Below, piece after piece: positions 10,074 through 19,317 of a DNA stretch of 64,000 nt (positions within the stretch are counted from its first letter, which is position 1; each line of letters opens with the position of its first letter). Position numbers and translations under genes: made by a program. The stretch is from Spirochaetia bacterium (GTDB lineage Bacteria; Spirochaetota; Spirochaetia; SZUA-6; Bin103). Under the pieces are notes generated by a model. That model saw only the letters and a program-made list of their open reading frames with translations. It was not told where the DNA came from and did not search any database. The stretch lies in NCBI GenBank assembly GCA_965208575.1, contig CBDBOV010000006.1, positions 1,597,306 through 1,661,305 of the forward strand, read 5' to 3'.

Positions 10074-10858
10074 TGCGCCGGGTGGCGTTCGCGGGCGGCG
10101 GTCTCAATGTGCCCGCCGGCGCCGGCGCCGGCGTCGTCCTGCGGATAGCGGCGCAGCAAGTCGTCCAGGTCGACGCGGCCCTCAATCCACGCCTTGCCGA
10201 TGATCACGCCCACCACCCCCTCGGCGCGCAGGCCGGCCGCCGCGTCCACGTCGTGCGCCGCGCCGATCCCGCCCGACAGGATGACCGGCTTCCGTGCGCT
10301 GCGCGCCACCGCCACGGTGCGTTCGATGTCGGGACCGGCGAAGGTGCCGTCGCGGGCGATGTTGGTGTACACGATGGCGCACACCGGCTGTTCCTTCATG
10401 CGCGCGGCCAGGTCGGTGTCCGCCACGCCGCCGCCGGTGAGCCAGCCGTGGGTCTTCACCACGCCGTCGTCGGCGTCGATGCCGGCCACCAGCCGGTCGC
10501 CCACCTGCGCCGCCCAGCGTTCCGGCAGCTCCGGATCCTGCGCCAGCGCCGAGCCGACCACGACGCGGTCCACGCCCATGTCCAGCAGCCGGCGCGCATC
10601 GTCCAGCGTGCGCACGCCGCCGCCGACCTGCAGCCGCACCCCCACCGCGGCACGGATTGCGGCGATCAGCGTGCGGTTGTCGCCGCTGCCGCGGGCGGCG
10701 TCGAGGTCCACGAGGTGCAGCCAGCGCGCACCCTTCCGCTCCAGTTCGACGGCGCTGCCCGCGGCATCGCGCGCGTAGTCGGTAACGGCATCGAAGCTGC
10801 CCCTGGTGAGGCGCACCGGCCGCCCGTCGAGCAGGTCGATGGCGGGCAGAATGAGCAT
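10070..10858 (-). CDS. hisA: ProFAR isomerase
   Basis: ILPAIDL, LHLVDLDAA, QVGGGVR, YTNIARDGT, SGGIG, IIGKA. Confidence 0.94.
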   Translation of the reverse strand: MLILPAIDLLDGRPVRLTRGSFDAVTDYARDAAGSAVELERKGARWLHLVDLDAARGSGDNRTLIAAIRAAVGVRLQVGGGVRTLDDARRLLDMGVDRVVVGSALAQDPELPERWAAQVGDRLVAGIDADDGVVKTHGWLTGGGVADTDLAARMKEQPVCAIVYTNIARDGTFAGPDIERTVAVARSARKPVILSGGIGAAHDVDAAAGLRAEGVVGVIIGKAWIEGRVDLDDLLRRYPQDDAGAGAGGHIETAARERHPAQ

Positions 10859-10864
10859 GGGAAG

Positions 10865-11371
10865 CTACTGCGGGCCGGTGGAGTTGGCGCCGCCGCTCTG
10901 CACGCCGCTGCGTTCCACTTCGGCCTGGAACGCATGGCAGATGTGCTGCTGCAGCTCCTGCTCGGTCATGTCCCGGGTGAGCAGTTCGCTGAAGAACTGG
11001 CGCTTGCTCAGCCGGCAGATGCCGGACAGTGCCGTCAGGTAGTCGCGGTGGTTGTCGGGCGGTGTGGCGAGCACGAACAGCAGGCGTACCGGCTCGCCGT
11101 CGACCGAATGGTAGTCGATCCCGGTACGCGAGATGCCAAGCGCGATGGTGACCTCGCTGACGCCGTCGGTCTGGCCGTGCGCGGCGGCGACGCCGTGGCC
11201 GATGCCGGTGGTCTGGATATGCTCCCGGCGCACCACGGCACTCTCCACCGCTGCCCGCTGCTCACCGTTGGCGAACACGGAGGCGCGTCCGACGACCTCG
11301 TGAATGGCCGCGAACTTGTCCGTGCTCTGCAGGTTGTCTACCACGGTACCTGGTTCAAAACAACGCAGCAT
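10865..11371 (-). CDS. PTS EIIA-domain protein (PtsN/fructose-type)
   Basis: RREHIQTTGIGHGVAAAHG phospho-His motif, GIDYHSVDGEPVRLLF; start ATG 11371. Confidence 0.85.
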   Translation of the reverse strand: MLRCFEPGTVVDNLQSTDKFAAIHEVVGRASVFANGEQRAAVESAVVRREHIQTTGIGHGVAAAHGQTDGVSEVTIALGISRTGIDYHSVDGEPVRLLFVLATPPDNHRDYLTALSGICRLSKRQFFSELLTRDMTEQELQQHICHAFQAEVERSGVQSGGANSTGPQ

Positions 11372-11527
11372 TTGACGCTTCTTTTGCGAAACTATCAACC
11401 GCGGTTGATGGCGTCAAGAGCAGTTCGAGCGATCAATCGGTTAGATTGCCGTACCACGCGGGCCGAACGCCCGCGCGCCCGCGCGCGGGTGACCGCTTGG
11501 GACCGGTCTGCTACGGTACGCGCGGCG

Positions 11528-11647
11528 GATGCGGTTGAGACGCGGCGGGATGCGGTTGAGACGCGGCGGGATGCGGTTGAGACGCGGCGGGATGCGGGTT
11601 GAGGCGCGACGGGATGCGGGTTGAGGCGCGACGGGATGCGGGTTGAG
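11528..11647 (+). repeat. Tandem repeat over the purL start: 3 x 21 bp, then 2 x 22 bp and a partial unit
   Basis: GATGCGGTTGAGACGCGGCGG at 11528, 11549, 11570; GATGCGGGTTGAGGCGCGACGG at 11591, 11613; partial unit at 11635 contains the purL ATG. Confidence 0.93.
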
Positions 11648-14600
11648 GTCTGGTTCCGGGACGAGGTCGGCGACGGACGCGCGGCAGGCGTATTGGCGGC
11701 ATTGCGCGCCGGCGGCGTGCCGGACCTGCAGGCGGTAAGCATCCGCGACGTGTACCTGGTGGACGGGGTGCCGGGGCTGCGGCCGCGCGACCTGGTCGAC
11801 CTGGTGTGCGATCCGGTCGCGCAGCGGGCATCGGTACGCGCCGCGCCCGCCGGTACGGCGCCGCCCTGGGACCTGCTCCTGGAGGTGGCCGCCAGGCCGG
11901 GGGTGACCGATCCGGTGGCCACCAGCCTGCGCGGCGCGCTGCGCGCCGTCCTCGGGTTGCCGGTGCCGGACGCTGCGCTGGTGCAGACGGCGCGCCAGTA
12001 CCTGTTGCACAGCGGTGCGCTGCACGGCGGCGGGCTGCACGCCGTTCCCGAGCGGGCGTTCGGGGGCCTGTGCAACCCGCTGATTCAGGACGAGCTGACC
12101 ATCGCCGCGCACCAGTGGCGCGCCGGCCGCCGGCCGCCGCGCATCTACCCCGCGGCCGGAGGCGCCGCGCGGGTGCCGGCGTCCGGCCCGCCGCGCACCG
12201 CCCGCCTTCCGGTCGCGGCCATGTCGGACGGCGAGTTGGCGGCCCTCTCCGAGGAGCGCCTGCTGGCGCTGTCCGTGGCCGAGATGCAAGCCATTCGCGA
12301 CTACTATCGCATCCCCGCCACGCGGCAGCGCCGCCGCCGCACCGGCCTCGGAGATGCCGCCACCGACGTGGAGCTGGAGATGCTCGCCCAGACCTGGTCC
12401 GAGCACTGCAAGCACAAGATCTTTGGTGCGGCCATCGAGTACCGCGACGGCGACCGCGTGGAGGTGATCGATTCGCTGTTCGATACCTGCATCCGCGCCA
12501 CCACGCGCGCCGTGGACCGCGGCGACGGCTTCCTGCGCTCGGTGTTCCACGACAACTCCGGGGTCATCGAGTTCGATGCCGACACCTTGCTGTGCTTCAA
12601 GGCGGAGACGCACAACTCGCCGTCGGCGCTCGATCCCTATGGCGGCGCCATCACCGGCATCGTGGGGGTCAACCGCGACATCATCGGCACCGGCCGCGGT
12701 GCGCGGCCGATCTTCAACACCAACGTGTTGTGCTTTGCTCCGCCCGACCTGACCGACGTGCCGGCCGGCCTGCTGCCGCCGCGCCAGGTGCTCGCCGGCG
12801 TGCACCGCGGCATCGTGGACGGCGGCAACCAGTCCGGCATCCCGACCGTGGCCGGCGCGCTGCTGTTCGACGCCAGCTTCGTGGGCAAGCCGCTGGTGTT
12901 CTGCGGCACCGGCGGCATCCTGCCGGCACAGCTCGACGGGGCGCCGTCATGGGAAGCCGAGCCGCACGCCGGCGACCGGGCGGTGATGGCCGGCGGGCGC
13001 ATCGGGCGCGACGGCATCCACGGCGCCACCTTCTCGTCGCTGGCGCTGGACGAGTCCTCGCCGCTGTCGGCGGTGCAGATCGGCGATCCGATCACACAGA
13101 AGAAGATGGCGGACTTCCTGCTGGAGGCGCGCGACCTGGGGCTGTACCGCGCCATTACCGACAACGGCGCCGGCGGCCTGTCGTCGTCGTTCGGGGAGAT
13201 GGCGGAGGCGTGCGGAGGCGTGCGGCTGGAGCTGGATCGCGCGCCGCTGAAGTACCAGGGTCTGGCACCGTGGGAGATCCTGGTGTCCGAGTCGCAGGAG
13301 CGGATGAGCCTCGCGGTGCCGCCCGAGCACTACGAGGCATTGGCGGAGCTGGCCGCGCGGCGCGAGGTGGAGGTCACCGACCTGGGCGAGTTCACCGCGG
13401 ACGGCACCGTCGAGTTGCACTACGCCGGCGAGCTGGTCGGGCTGCTCGACCTGCAGTTCCTGCATCACGGCCTGCCGAAGATGAAGCTGCGCGCGGTGTG
13501 GCAGGCGCCGGAGCCGGCGGCGGTGGACGCGGGCCGCCCGCCGCCGGCGCCGCAAGAGGTGCTGCCGCGCCTGCTGGCGGATCCCAACATCGCCTCCAAG
13601 GAGCCGCTGGTGCGCCAGTACGACCACGAGGTGCAGGCGTTGACCGTCGGCAAGCCGTTTGTCGGCCGCCGCATGGACGGCCCCGGCGACGGCGCCGTGC
13701 TGCGCCCGCGCGCCGGCTCGACGCGGGCCATCACCGTCACGCACGGCATCTGTCCCTGGTACGCGGCGCACGATGCCTACCACATGGCGATGTGCGCGGT
13801 GGACGAGGCGGTGCGCGCCCACGTGGCGTGCGGCGGTGACCCGGAGCGGATGGCGGGCTTGGACAACTTCTGTTGGCCCGATCCGGTCGCCGGCCCCGAC
13901 AACCCGGAGGGCGAGTTCCTGCTCGCCCAGCTCGTGCGTGCCGCCCGCGGGCTCAGAGAGGCGTGCCTGGCGTACCGGCTGCCGCTCGTGTCCGGCAAGG
14001 ACTCGATGAAGAACAACGCCGTGGTGGACGGGCGGCGGATCGCGGTGCTGCCCACCCTGCTGGTGTCCGTGCTCGGCATCATGGCCGACCTGCGCCGCTC
14101 GCCGAGCACCGACTTCAAGCGGCCCGGCGACCTGGTCTACCTGGTCGGCGACGACCGCGGCGAGTTGGGCGCCACCGCCTACGCCCGCCTGCTGGCCGCG
14201 AGCGGTGCTGCGCTGCCGATTGCCGAGCGGCAGCGCCACTGTCCGACCGTGGATGCGCAGGCCGCGATGCGCCGCTACGGACGACTGCACGGCGCCATCG
14301 CAGCCGGCTGGGTCAATGCGGCGCACGACGTGTCCGACGGCGGCCTGGCCGTCGCCCTGGCCGAGTGCGCCATCGGCGGCCGCCTCGGCGCCCGTATCGA
14401 CCTGGCCCGGGTGCCGGCAGCCGACGAGCACATGCGTGCGGATGGCGCCGCGCACCGGCGCGCCGGCCTGCTGTTCAGCGAGTCCGCCGGGCGCATCGTG
14501 GTGACGGTGCCGCCCGCCGCGGCCGACCGCGTGGATCAGCAGTTTCGCGGCCTCCCGTGTGCGGCGGTGGGCGAGGTGACCGGCGACGACCGCCTTACCG

Positions 14601-14674
14601 TGCTCGATGGCGGCGAGCCGGTGGCCGCCTGGCCGGTGGCCGAGCTGGTACGCGCCTGGAAGACGCCGATATGA
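11636..14674 (+). CDS. purL: Phosphoribosylformylglycinamidine synthase subunit PurL (N-terminal PurS-like region)
   Basis: QTWSEHCKHKIF, KAETHNSPS, GRDGIHGATFSS, DNGAGG, SESQERM, QYDHEVQ, SGKDSM, HDVSDGG. Confidence 0.95.
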   Translation: MRVEVWFRDEVGDGRAAGVLAALRAGGVPDLQAVSIRDVYLVDGVPGLRPRDLVDLVCDPVAQRASVRAAPAGTAPPWDLLLEVAARPGVTDPVATSLRGALRAVLGLPVPDAALVQTARQYLLHSGALHGGGLHAVPERAFGGLCNPLIQDELTIAAHQWRAGRRPPRIYPAAGGAARVPASGPPRTARLPVAAMSDGELAALSEERLLALSVAEMQAIRDYYRIPATRQRRRRTGLGDAATDVELEMLAQTWSEHCKHKIFGAAIEYRDGDRVEVIDSLFDTCIRATTRAVDRGDGFLRSVFHDNSGVIEFDADTLLCFKAETHNSPSALDPYGGAITGIVGVNRDIIGTGRGARPIFNTNVLCFAPPDLTDVPAGLLPPRQVLAGVHRGIVDGGNQSGIPTVAGALLFDASFVGKPLVFCGTGGILPAQLDGAPSWEAEPHAGDRAVMAGGRIGRDGIHGATFSSLALDESSPLSAVQIGDPITQKKMADFLLEARDLGLYRAITDNGAGGLSSSFGEMAEACGGVRLELDRAPLKYQGLAPWEILVSESQERMSLAVPPEHYEALAELAARREVEVTDLGEFTADGTVELHYAGELVGLLDLQFLHHGLPKMKLRAVWQAPEPAAVDAGRPPPAPQEVLPRLLADPNIASKEPLVRQYDHEVQALTVGKPFVGRRMDGPGDGAVLRPRAGSTRAITVTHGICPWYAAHDAYHMAMCAVDEAVRAHVACGGDPERMAGLDNFCWPDPVAGPDNPEGEFLLAQLVRAARGLREACLAYRLPLVSGKDSMKNNAVVDGRRIAVLPTLLVSVLGIMADLRRSPSTDFKRPGDLVYLVGDDRGELGATAYARLLAASGAALPIAERQRHCPTVDAQAAMRRYGRLHGAIAAGWVNAAHDVSDGGLAVALAECAIGGRLGARIDLARVPAADEHMRADGAAHRRAGLLFSESAGRIVVTVPPAAADRVDQQFRGLPCAAVGEVTGDDRLTVLDGGEPVAAWPVAELVRAWKTPI

Positions 14675-15492
14675 GCACCGGCGTCCGGGTGTGCATCATC
14701 ACCGGTTTCGGCATCAACACCGACCGCGAGATGGCGAGGGCGTTCGAGCTCACGGGGGCGCAACCGGTACGCGTGCACGCCAACGACCTGATCGCCGATC
14801 CTGCCGCGCTCGACCGGTTCGCGATCTTCGTGGTGCCGGGCGGGTTCTCGTTCGGCGATCACGTCGGCTCCGGGGCGTTGCTGGCCGCCCTGCTGATGCG
14901 CTCCCTGCGCGAGCCGCTGGCGCGGTTCGTGGACCGCGGCGGCCTGGTACTGGGCGTGTGCAACGGCTTCCAGGTACTGGTGCGCATGGGCCTGGTGCCC
15001 GGCGGCGTCGCCGCAGGCGGCATGGCGCAGTCGGTGGCCCTGGTGCACAACGACTCCGGTCGCTTCGAGGACCGCTGGGTCAGGGTGGCGTTCGACGCCG
15101 CCTCGCCATGCGTGTGGACGCGCGGCATCGCCGCGCTGGAACTGCCGGTGCGCCACGGCGAAGGCAAGCTGGTCGCCTCGGCGGCGCAACTCGCCGCCAT
15201 CGACGCCGCCCACCTCGGCGCGGCCCGCTACGCTCTGACCGCTCCCGAGTCGGCGTCCGCCGGCGGATCTCCGCTGCCCTACCCCGCCAACCCCAACGGC
15301 TCACTGCGCGACCTGGCCGGCCTGTGCGACCCCAGCGGCCAGGTGCTCGGCCTGATGCCGCACCCCGAGGCGTTCCTGCACCGCTACCATCACCCCGCCT
15401 GGCGCAACGCCACCGGCGCCGCGGCGTCCGTCCTCGACGAGGCCGCCCTCGGGCTGTTCCGCAACGCCGTTCGCCACGCCGCATCCGCCTGA
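14671..15492 (+). CDS. purQ: Phosphoribosylformylglycinamidine synthase glutaminase subunit
   Basis: ATG overlaps purL stop; PGGFSFGD, GVCNGFQ, HGEG, NPNGS, LMPHPE. Confidence 0.95.
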   Translation: MSTGVRVCIITGFGINTDREMARAFELTGAQPVRVHANDLIADPAALDRFAIFVVPGGFSFGDHVGSGALLAALLMRSLREPLARFVDRGGLVLGVCNGFQVLVRMGLVPGGVAAGGMAQSVALVHNDSGRFEDRWVRVAFDAASPCVWTRGIAALELPVRHGEGKLVASAAQLAAIDAAHLGAARYALTAPESASAGGSPLPYPANPNGSLRDLAGLCDPSGQVLGLMPHPEAFLHRYHHPAWRNATGAAASVLDEAALGLFRNAVRHAASA

Positions 15493-15582
15493 CCATGAGC
15501 CGGTCGCGCGCAACGCTCGCGCACCGCGCCCGGGTGTCGACGCGGCACTGCCGGCAGCGGTATATTATCCGTCACGAACCGC

Positions 15583-15656
15583 GGGGGCGTAGCTCAGTTG
15601 GCTAGAGCGCGTGAATGGCATTCACGAGGTCGTGGGTTCGATTCCCGTCGCCTCCA
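15583..15656 (+). tRNA. tRNA-Ala(GGC)
   Basis: GGGGGCGTAGCTCAGTTGGCTAGAGCGCGTGAATGGCATTCACGAGGTCGTGGGTTCGATTCCCGTCGCCTCCA; anticodon GGC and G3:U70 alanine identity pair. Confidence 0.96.
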
Positions 15657-15865
15657 CACTCCACCAACCTCCACACTCTTGACCGCGACTAGCCCGCGAC
15701 CGTGCGCGGTGCAATTCGGCTCCAACGACGCTGCTCCTCGAACACCGCGGTACGACCGGTACGGTGACGAAATGGTGTTCACTCGGTGAAAGACAGTATT
15801 TCTTCCGTGTAATCCGCGAGTGACCCAGGCGACAGTCGCACACGTTCCGTGCAGTATTGACGGCA

Positions 15866-17986
15866 ATGGAAGCGGTCGAAGTTCACCGAGCCCCACTGAA
15901 CCAGTCGACGGCGACGCGTGCCGGGGGCCGGCGCCGGAGGTTCGCTCCGGCTGCGCTGGCGGTGTTTGTGACCCTGGTGTCGTCGGGCTGTTCCCAGGTC
16001 AGCCCGGTGGGGCCGGTGCAGCCGGTGGCGCCGGTGCGGTTCCAAGGGACCGTCGTCGACCGGACCTATTCGACCGGTGAGGCCATGGCGCTCGCCCTGC
16101 CCCCGGCCAGCGGCGGCAACGGCGCGCTGACCTACTCTCTGCGACCGGCGATCCCGGGGCTGGCTTTCGACGCGGATGAGCGCACGCTGCGCGGCACGCC
16201 GACCGAGCCCGGCCGCCACCGGATGACCTACACGGCGACCGATGGCAGGGAACGGGTGACCCACACCTTTACCATCACCCTCGAAGATGACTCCATCTAC
16301 CGTCTGAAACTCAGGTACCGCGGGACCGGGGATCAGGTGTTCGTGCTGAATCCGGATGGCGAGCATCTCGATGACACCCCCCATGCGCTGGATCTGGGAG
16401 ACGCCACGGCAGAGGTGTACCTGATCGCGACCAACACCGCGGACCACGACATGGATCCGCACGTCGAGAGAATCGACCTCGGGGACGGCGCGGCAGAGGG
16501 GCCGCATCCGGCGGCGCGGGACGACCGTGCGGGGCAGCCGAGAGCGGCGGCGAACGCGCGCGTGGCCGAACGGGAGTGGATCACCGAGTTCAACAACAAC
16601 CCGCCTCTGTCGGGAAGAGGCGCGGGGATGCGGTCGGTGGCAAGCGCCCCGTCGCGGCGAGGCGTCGCGGAGGGAGACCGGGAAATCTTCAGAGATCTGG
16701 ACGACAATCAGAACATCGTCTCCATCCCCGCCACCGCCCGCGAAGTGGTCACCGACGGATACCGGACGGCAGCGTTGTGGGTGGCCGACCGGGATTGGGG
16801 GCCGAACTGCCGCGGTGCCGGGCCGTGCCTGACCAGGGAGATGGTTGAGGCGTTGGGTGACCGGTTTCTTCGCCCCGGCGCCGGCAACGACATTTACGAC
16901 TGGGTGACGGCGATCTACGGAGATCCGTGGGGACGGCACCGCTATGTGAACTTGATCCCCGCGGCGGCCGCGCGCGAGATTCATATCCTGCTGTTCGACA
17001 TCGATCGCGACGGAGCACCGGAACCCGGTGAGTGCCGCATCGTTGGCTTCTTCTGGACGGTACACAATTTCCGCCGCAGTCCTGATCCTCCAATCAACCG
17101 AGTCTCGGCCGAGCGGCTGATCTTCTTCATGGATTCGGTGTACATGGCGCTCCCGGAAGGTGCCACCTGGGAGCTGACGGATCGGGGGCCGAGCGTGGTG
17201 ATTTCGGCCCTCGCGCATGAGTTCCAGCACATGATCCACTTCTATCAGAAGCCGGTTCTGCGTGACGCCAAGAGCGAGGCGTGGCTGAACGAGATGGCAT
17301 CGGAAGTGGCGCAGGATCTGATCGCCGACAAGCAGGGGGTGAACGGACCGCGCGGGGTCGCGTACGACGATCCGACCGCGGGGGCGCCGGGGAACAAAGC
17401 CGGTCGATTACCCTACTACAACCTGTTCAACGACGTTCAAGTCACGACGTGGGATAAGAAGATCGCCAACTACGCGGTGAACTACGCGCTCGGCGCCTAC
17501 CTGGCGCGCACGTATGGAGGAGCCGAGCTGTTCAGTGCAATCGTGCAGAGCAACAGCGCGGGGGTGGGCGCGATCGAAGCAGCACTGGCGGCTACCGGCC
17601 ATGCGGTGTCGTTCGGCGAGATACTGGCGGACTGGGCGGTGGCGGCGCTGCTGTCGGACAACCCCGCAGCCCCGAGTCGGTACCGATACAACCCGGGGAC
17701 CTGGAGCACCTCGTTCAGCGGCGGCGAGGAGTTCCGGCTGGGGTCGATCGATCTGTACCGTTACCGCTACGAGCCGCCGGAACAGGTGTCGGACTGCATC
17801 GGGCCGGACGTGGCGAACCGGCCGGCGCAGGAGGGCCCGTACCTGCACTCGCTGCAAACTTTCAACGCGCGTCCACAGCCGCCGCACTCCAACATGATCG
17901 CCGCGCTCGGACGCAACAGCGGGCGAGTCCGGCTGCGCGTCACCGCGGCCGGCGGCAACCGCATCACGGTAGTGGTGAAGGAATGA
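15866..17986 (+). CDS. Lipoprotein zinc metallopeptidase (M30/hyicolysin-like) with N-terminal Ig-like domain
   Basis: Lipobox LVSSGC; Ig-like LPPASGGNGALTYSL..GLAFD..LRGTPT; zincin ALAHEFQHMIH and WLNEMASE. Confidence 0.8.
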   Translation: MEAVEVHRAPLNQSTATRAGGRRRRFAPAALAVFVTLVSSGCSQVSPVGPVQPVAPVRFQGTVVDRTYSTGEAMALALPPASGGNGALTYSLRPAIPGLAFDADERTLRGTPTEPGRHRMTYTATDGRERVTHTFTITLEDDSIYRLKLRYRGTGDQVFVLNPDGEHLDDTPHALDLGDATAEVYLIATNTADHDMDPHVERIDLGDGAAEGPHPAARDDRAGQPRAAANARVAEREWITEFNNNPPLSGRGAGMRSVASAPSRRGVAEGDREIFRDLDDNQNIVSIPATAREVVTDGYRTAALWVADRDWGPNCRGAGPCLTREMVEALGDRFLRPGAGNDIYDWVTAIYGDPWGRHRYVNLIPAAAAREIHILLFDIDRDGAPEPGECRIVGFFWTVHNFRRSPDPPINRVSAERLIFFMDSVYMALPEGATWELTDRGPSVVISALAHEFQHMIHFYQKPVLRDAKSEAWLNEMASEVAQDLIADKQGVNGPRGVAYDDPTAGAPGNKAGRLPYYNLFNDVQVTTWDKKIANYAVNYALGAYLARTYGGAELFSAIVQSNSAGVGAIEAALAATGHAVSFGEILADWAVAALLSDNPAAPSRYRYNPGTWSTSFSGGEEFRLGSIDLYRYRYEPPEQVSDCIGPDVANRPAQEGPYLHSLQTFNARPQPPHSNMIAALGRNSGRVRLRVTAAGGNRITVVVKE

Positions 17987-18021
17987 GAGGTCGGTGTGGC
18001 TGAAGCTGAACGCAGTTGCCC

Positions 18022-18056
18022 TTGACAGGGATTAATGACCATTAATAACATTAATC
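18022..18056 (+). promoter_or_regulatory. Promoter with overlapping inverted-repeat operator
   Basis: TTGACA 18022-27 followed by GATTAATG-N11-CATTAATC (18030-18056) in an AT-rich patch. Confidence 0.6.
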
Positions 18057-18120
18057 AATAGTATTCTGCCCGGCCGCGGCTGCGCCGTCCTGTTCATAGC
18101 CGGGTGGGCGGAGGGTTACG

Positions 18121-18513
18121 ATGAAAGCGGTACGCTCCAACTACTCGTTACGTCTTCTCGGGCATCTTGCCTCCACGAGCTGGGTGGCGTGGGACACCAG
18201 GCACAACAGCCCCGTTCACGCGGTGAACGGTAAGCCGGAGACCATGGAGTTTCACGAAGACGGCATCTTCATATCGGTGGTCGCGTGCATCAGGACGGTC
18301 GGTACCTGGGACATACAGGAACTGCGATGCGGGGCGAGTCTGTGCGTCTGGGTGGGCAATCAGCTTTTCGGGTGGCCTGTCGAGATGATAGGCCAGGATG
18401 TCATGACCTTTCCGACCTTTGCCCATCCCGTGTACTACCGGAGGTGCCTGTTGATCGGGAGCGCGATACTCGTCAACGGCAAGCGCGGCGAGCATCTCGT
18501 CTTCTGCCGCTAG
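18121..18513 (+). CDS. Hypothetical 130-aa protein (possibly lipocalin-like beta fold)
   Basis: GGAGGG RBS, upstream promoter, fills the gap up to the convergent gene; fold guess is weak. Confidence 0.5.
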   Translation: MKAVRSNYSLRLLGHLASTSWVAWDTRHNSPVHAVNGKPETMEFHEDGIFISVVACIRTVGTWDIQELRCGASLCVWVGNQLFGWPVEMIGQDVMTFPTFAHPVYYRRCLLIGSAILVNGKRGEHLVFCR

Positions 18514-18514
18514 C

Positions 18515-18787
18515 TCAACGCCGGCGGCGGCGGAAGATGGGGTGCAGGTACTGGTCGAGGTTCCAGCGTTTCTGGACCCAGCGCATGACGGCTCCGTAGG
18601 CGAAGAAGGTGATCACGATCGGTACGCCGATGATCAGGAAGCCGATCAGCCCGGCCAGCGGGCTGGACGAGTCGCGGAACAGGGAAGAGGCGATCACGAA
18701 CGAGGCGATCAGCAGGACTCCCATCAGCAGCAGGTTGAATACCGTGGCGACCAGGATGAAGACGGCGGTGTTGGCTTTCTTGTTCAC
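18515..18787 (-). CDS. Small two-TM membrane protein of the type found downstream of lspA in spirochaetes
   Basis: MNKKANTAVFILVATVFNLLLM...; start overlaps lspA stop. Confidence 0.75.
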   Translation of the reverse strand: MNKKANTAVFILVATVFNLLLMGVLLIASFVIASSLFRDSSSPLAGLIGFLIIGVPIVITFFAYGAVMRWVQKRWNLDQYLHPIFRRRRR

Positions 18788-19317
18788 GGCGTATCCCTCC
18801 GATGTGCGCGCAGTTCCGCGCCGAGAAAGGTAACGAGCAGCAGGATGCCGCCCACCACGACCGACGAGTCGGCGACGTTGAAGGTGGGGTAGCGCTCCAT
18901 CCCGAACAGGCCGTAAAACTTCACGTCGACGAAGTCCACCACCCCCTGCGGGCGGAACACCCGGTCCACCATGTTGGCCAGACCGCCGCCGAGTACCGCC
19001 GCCACCAGCCAGCGCTGGAAGCGCGAGAGATCGTCGGTGCGCAGATAGTAGACCAGAACAAACGCCAGCACCACCAGCGGCAGGACCAGGAACAGGGGCC
19101 GGCGCACCTGCTCGGGCAACGAGTGGCCGATGGAGAAGGCGATGGCCGGGTTGTGCACCAGGGTGAGGCGCAGCAGGTCTCCGATCACCTCCTGGGGGCG
19201 CCCCGGCGGCAGGCTGGCGATGGCCAGCGCCTTGGTCGCCTGGTCGGCGGCGAGGATGACCGGCGCCAACAGCAGCGGCAGCAGGCGGCCCCTGCGCGCG
19301 GAGCGATAGTGGTTCAT
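18784..19317 (-). CDS. lspA: Lipoprotein signal peptidase II
   Basis: DQATK, HNPAIAFS, GGGLANMVDR, VVDFVD, FNVADS; start ATG 19317. Confidence 0.94.
   Translation of the reverse strand: MNHYRSARRGRLLPLLLAPVILAADQATKALAIASLPPGRPQEVIGDLLRLTLVHNPAIAFSIGHSLPEQVRRPLFLVLPLVVLAFVLVYYLRTDDLSRFQRWLVAAVLGGGLANMVDRVFRPQGVVDFVDVKFYGLFGMERYPTFNVADSSVVVGGILLLVTFLGAELRAHRRDTP

Noticed and set aside
11528-11647. Possible CRISPR array
   Set aside because: Units are directly adjacent with no unique spacers, and no cas genes are present
18148-18495. 115-aa minus-strand ORF
   Set aside because: The opposite-strand ORF 18121-18513 has the RBS and promoter support
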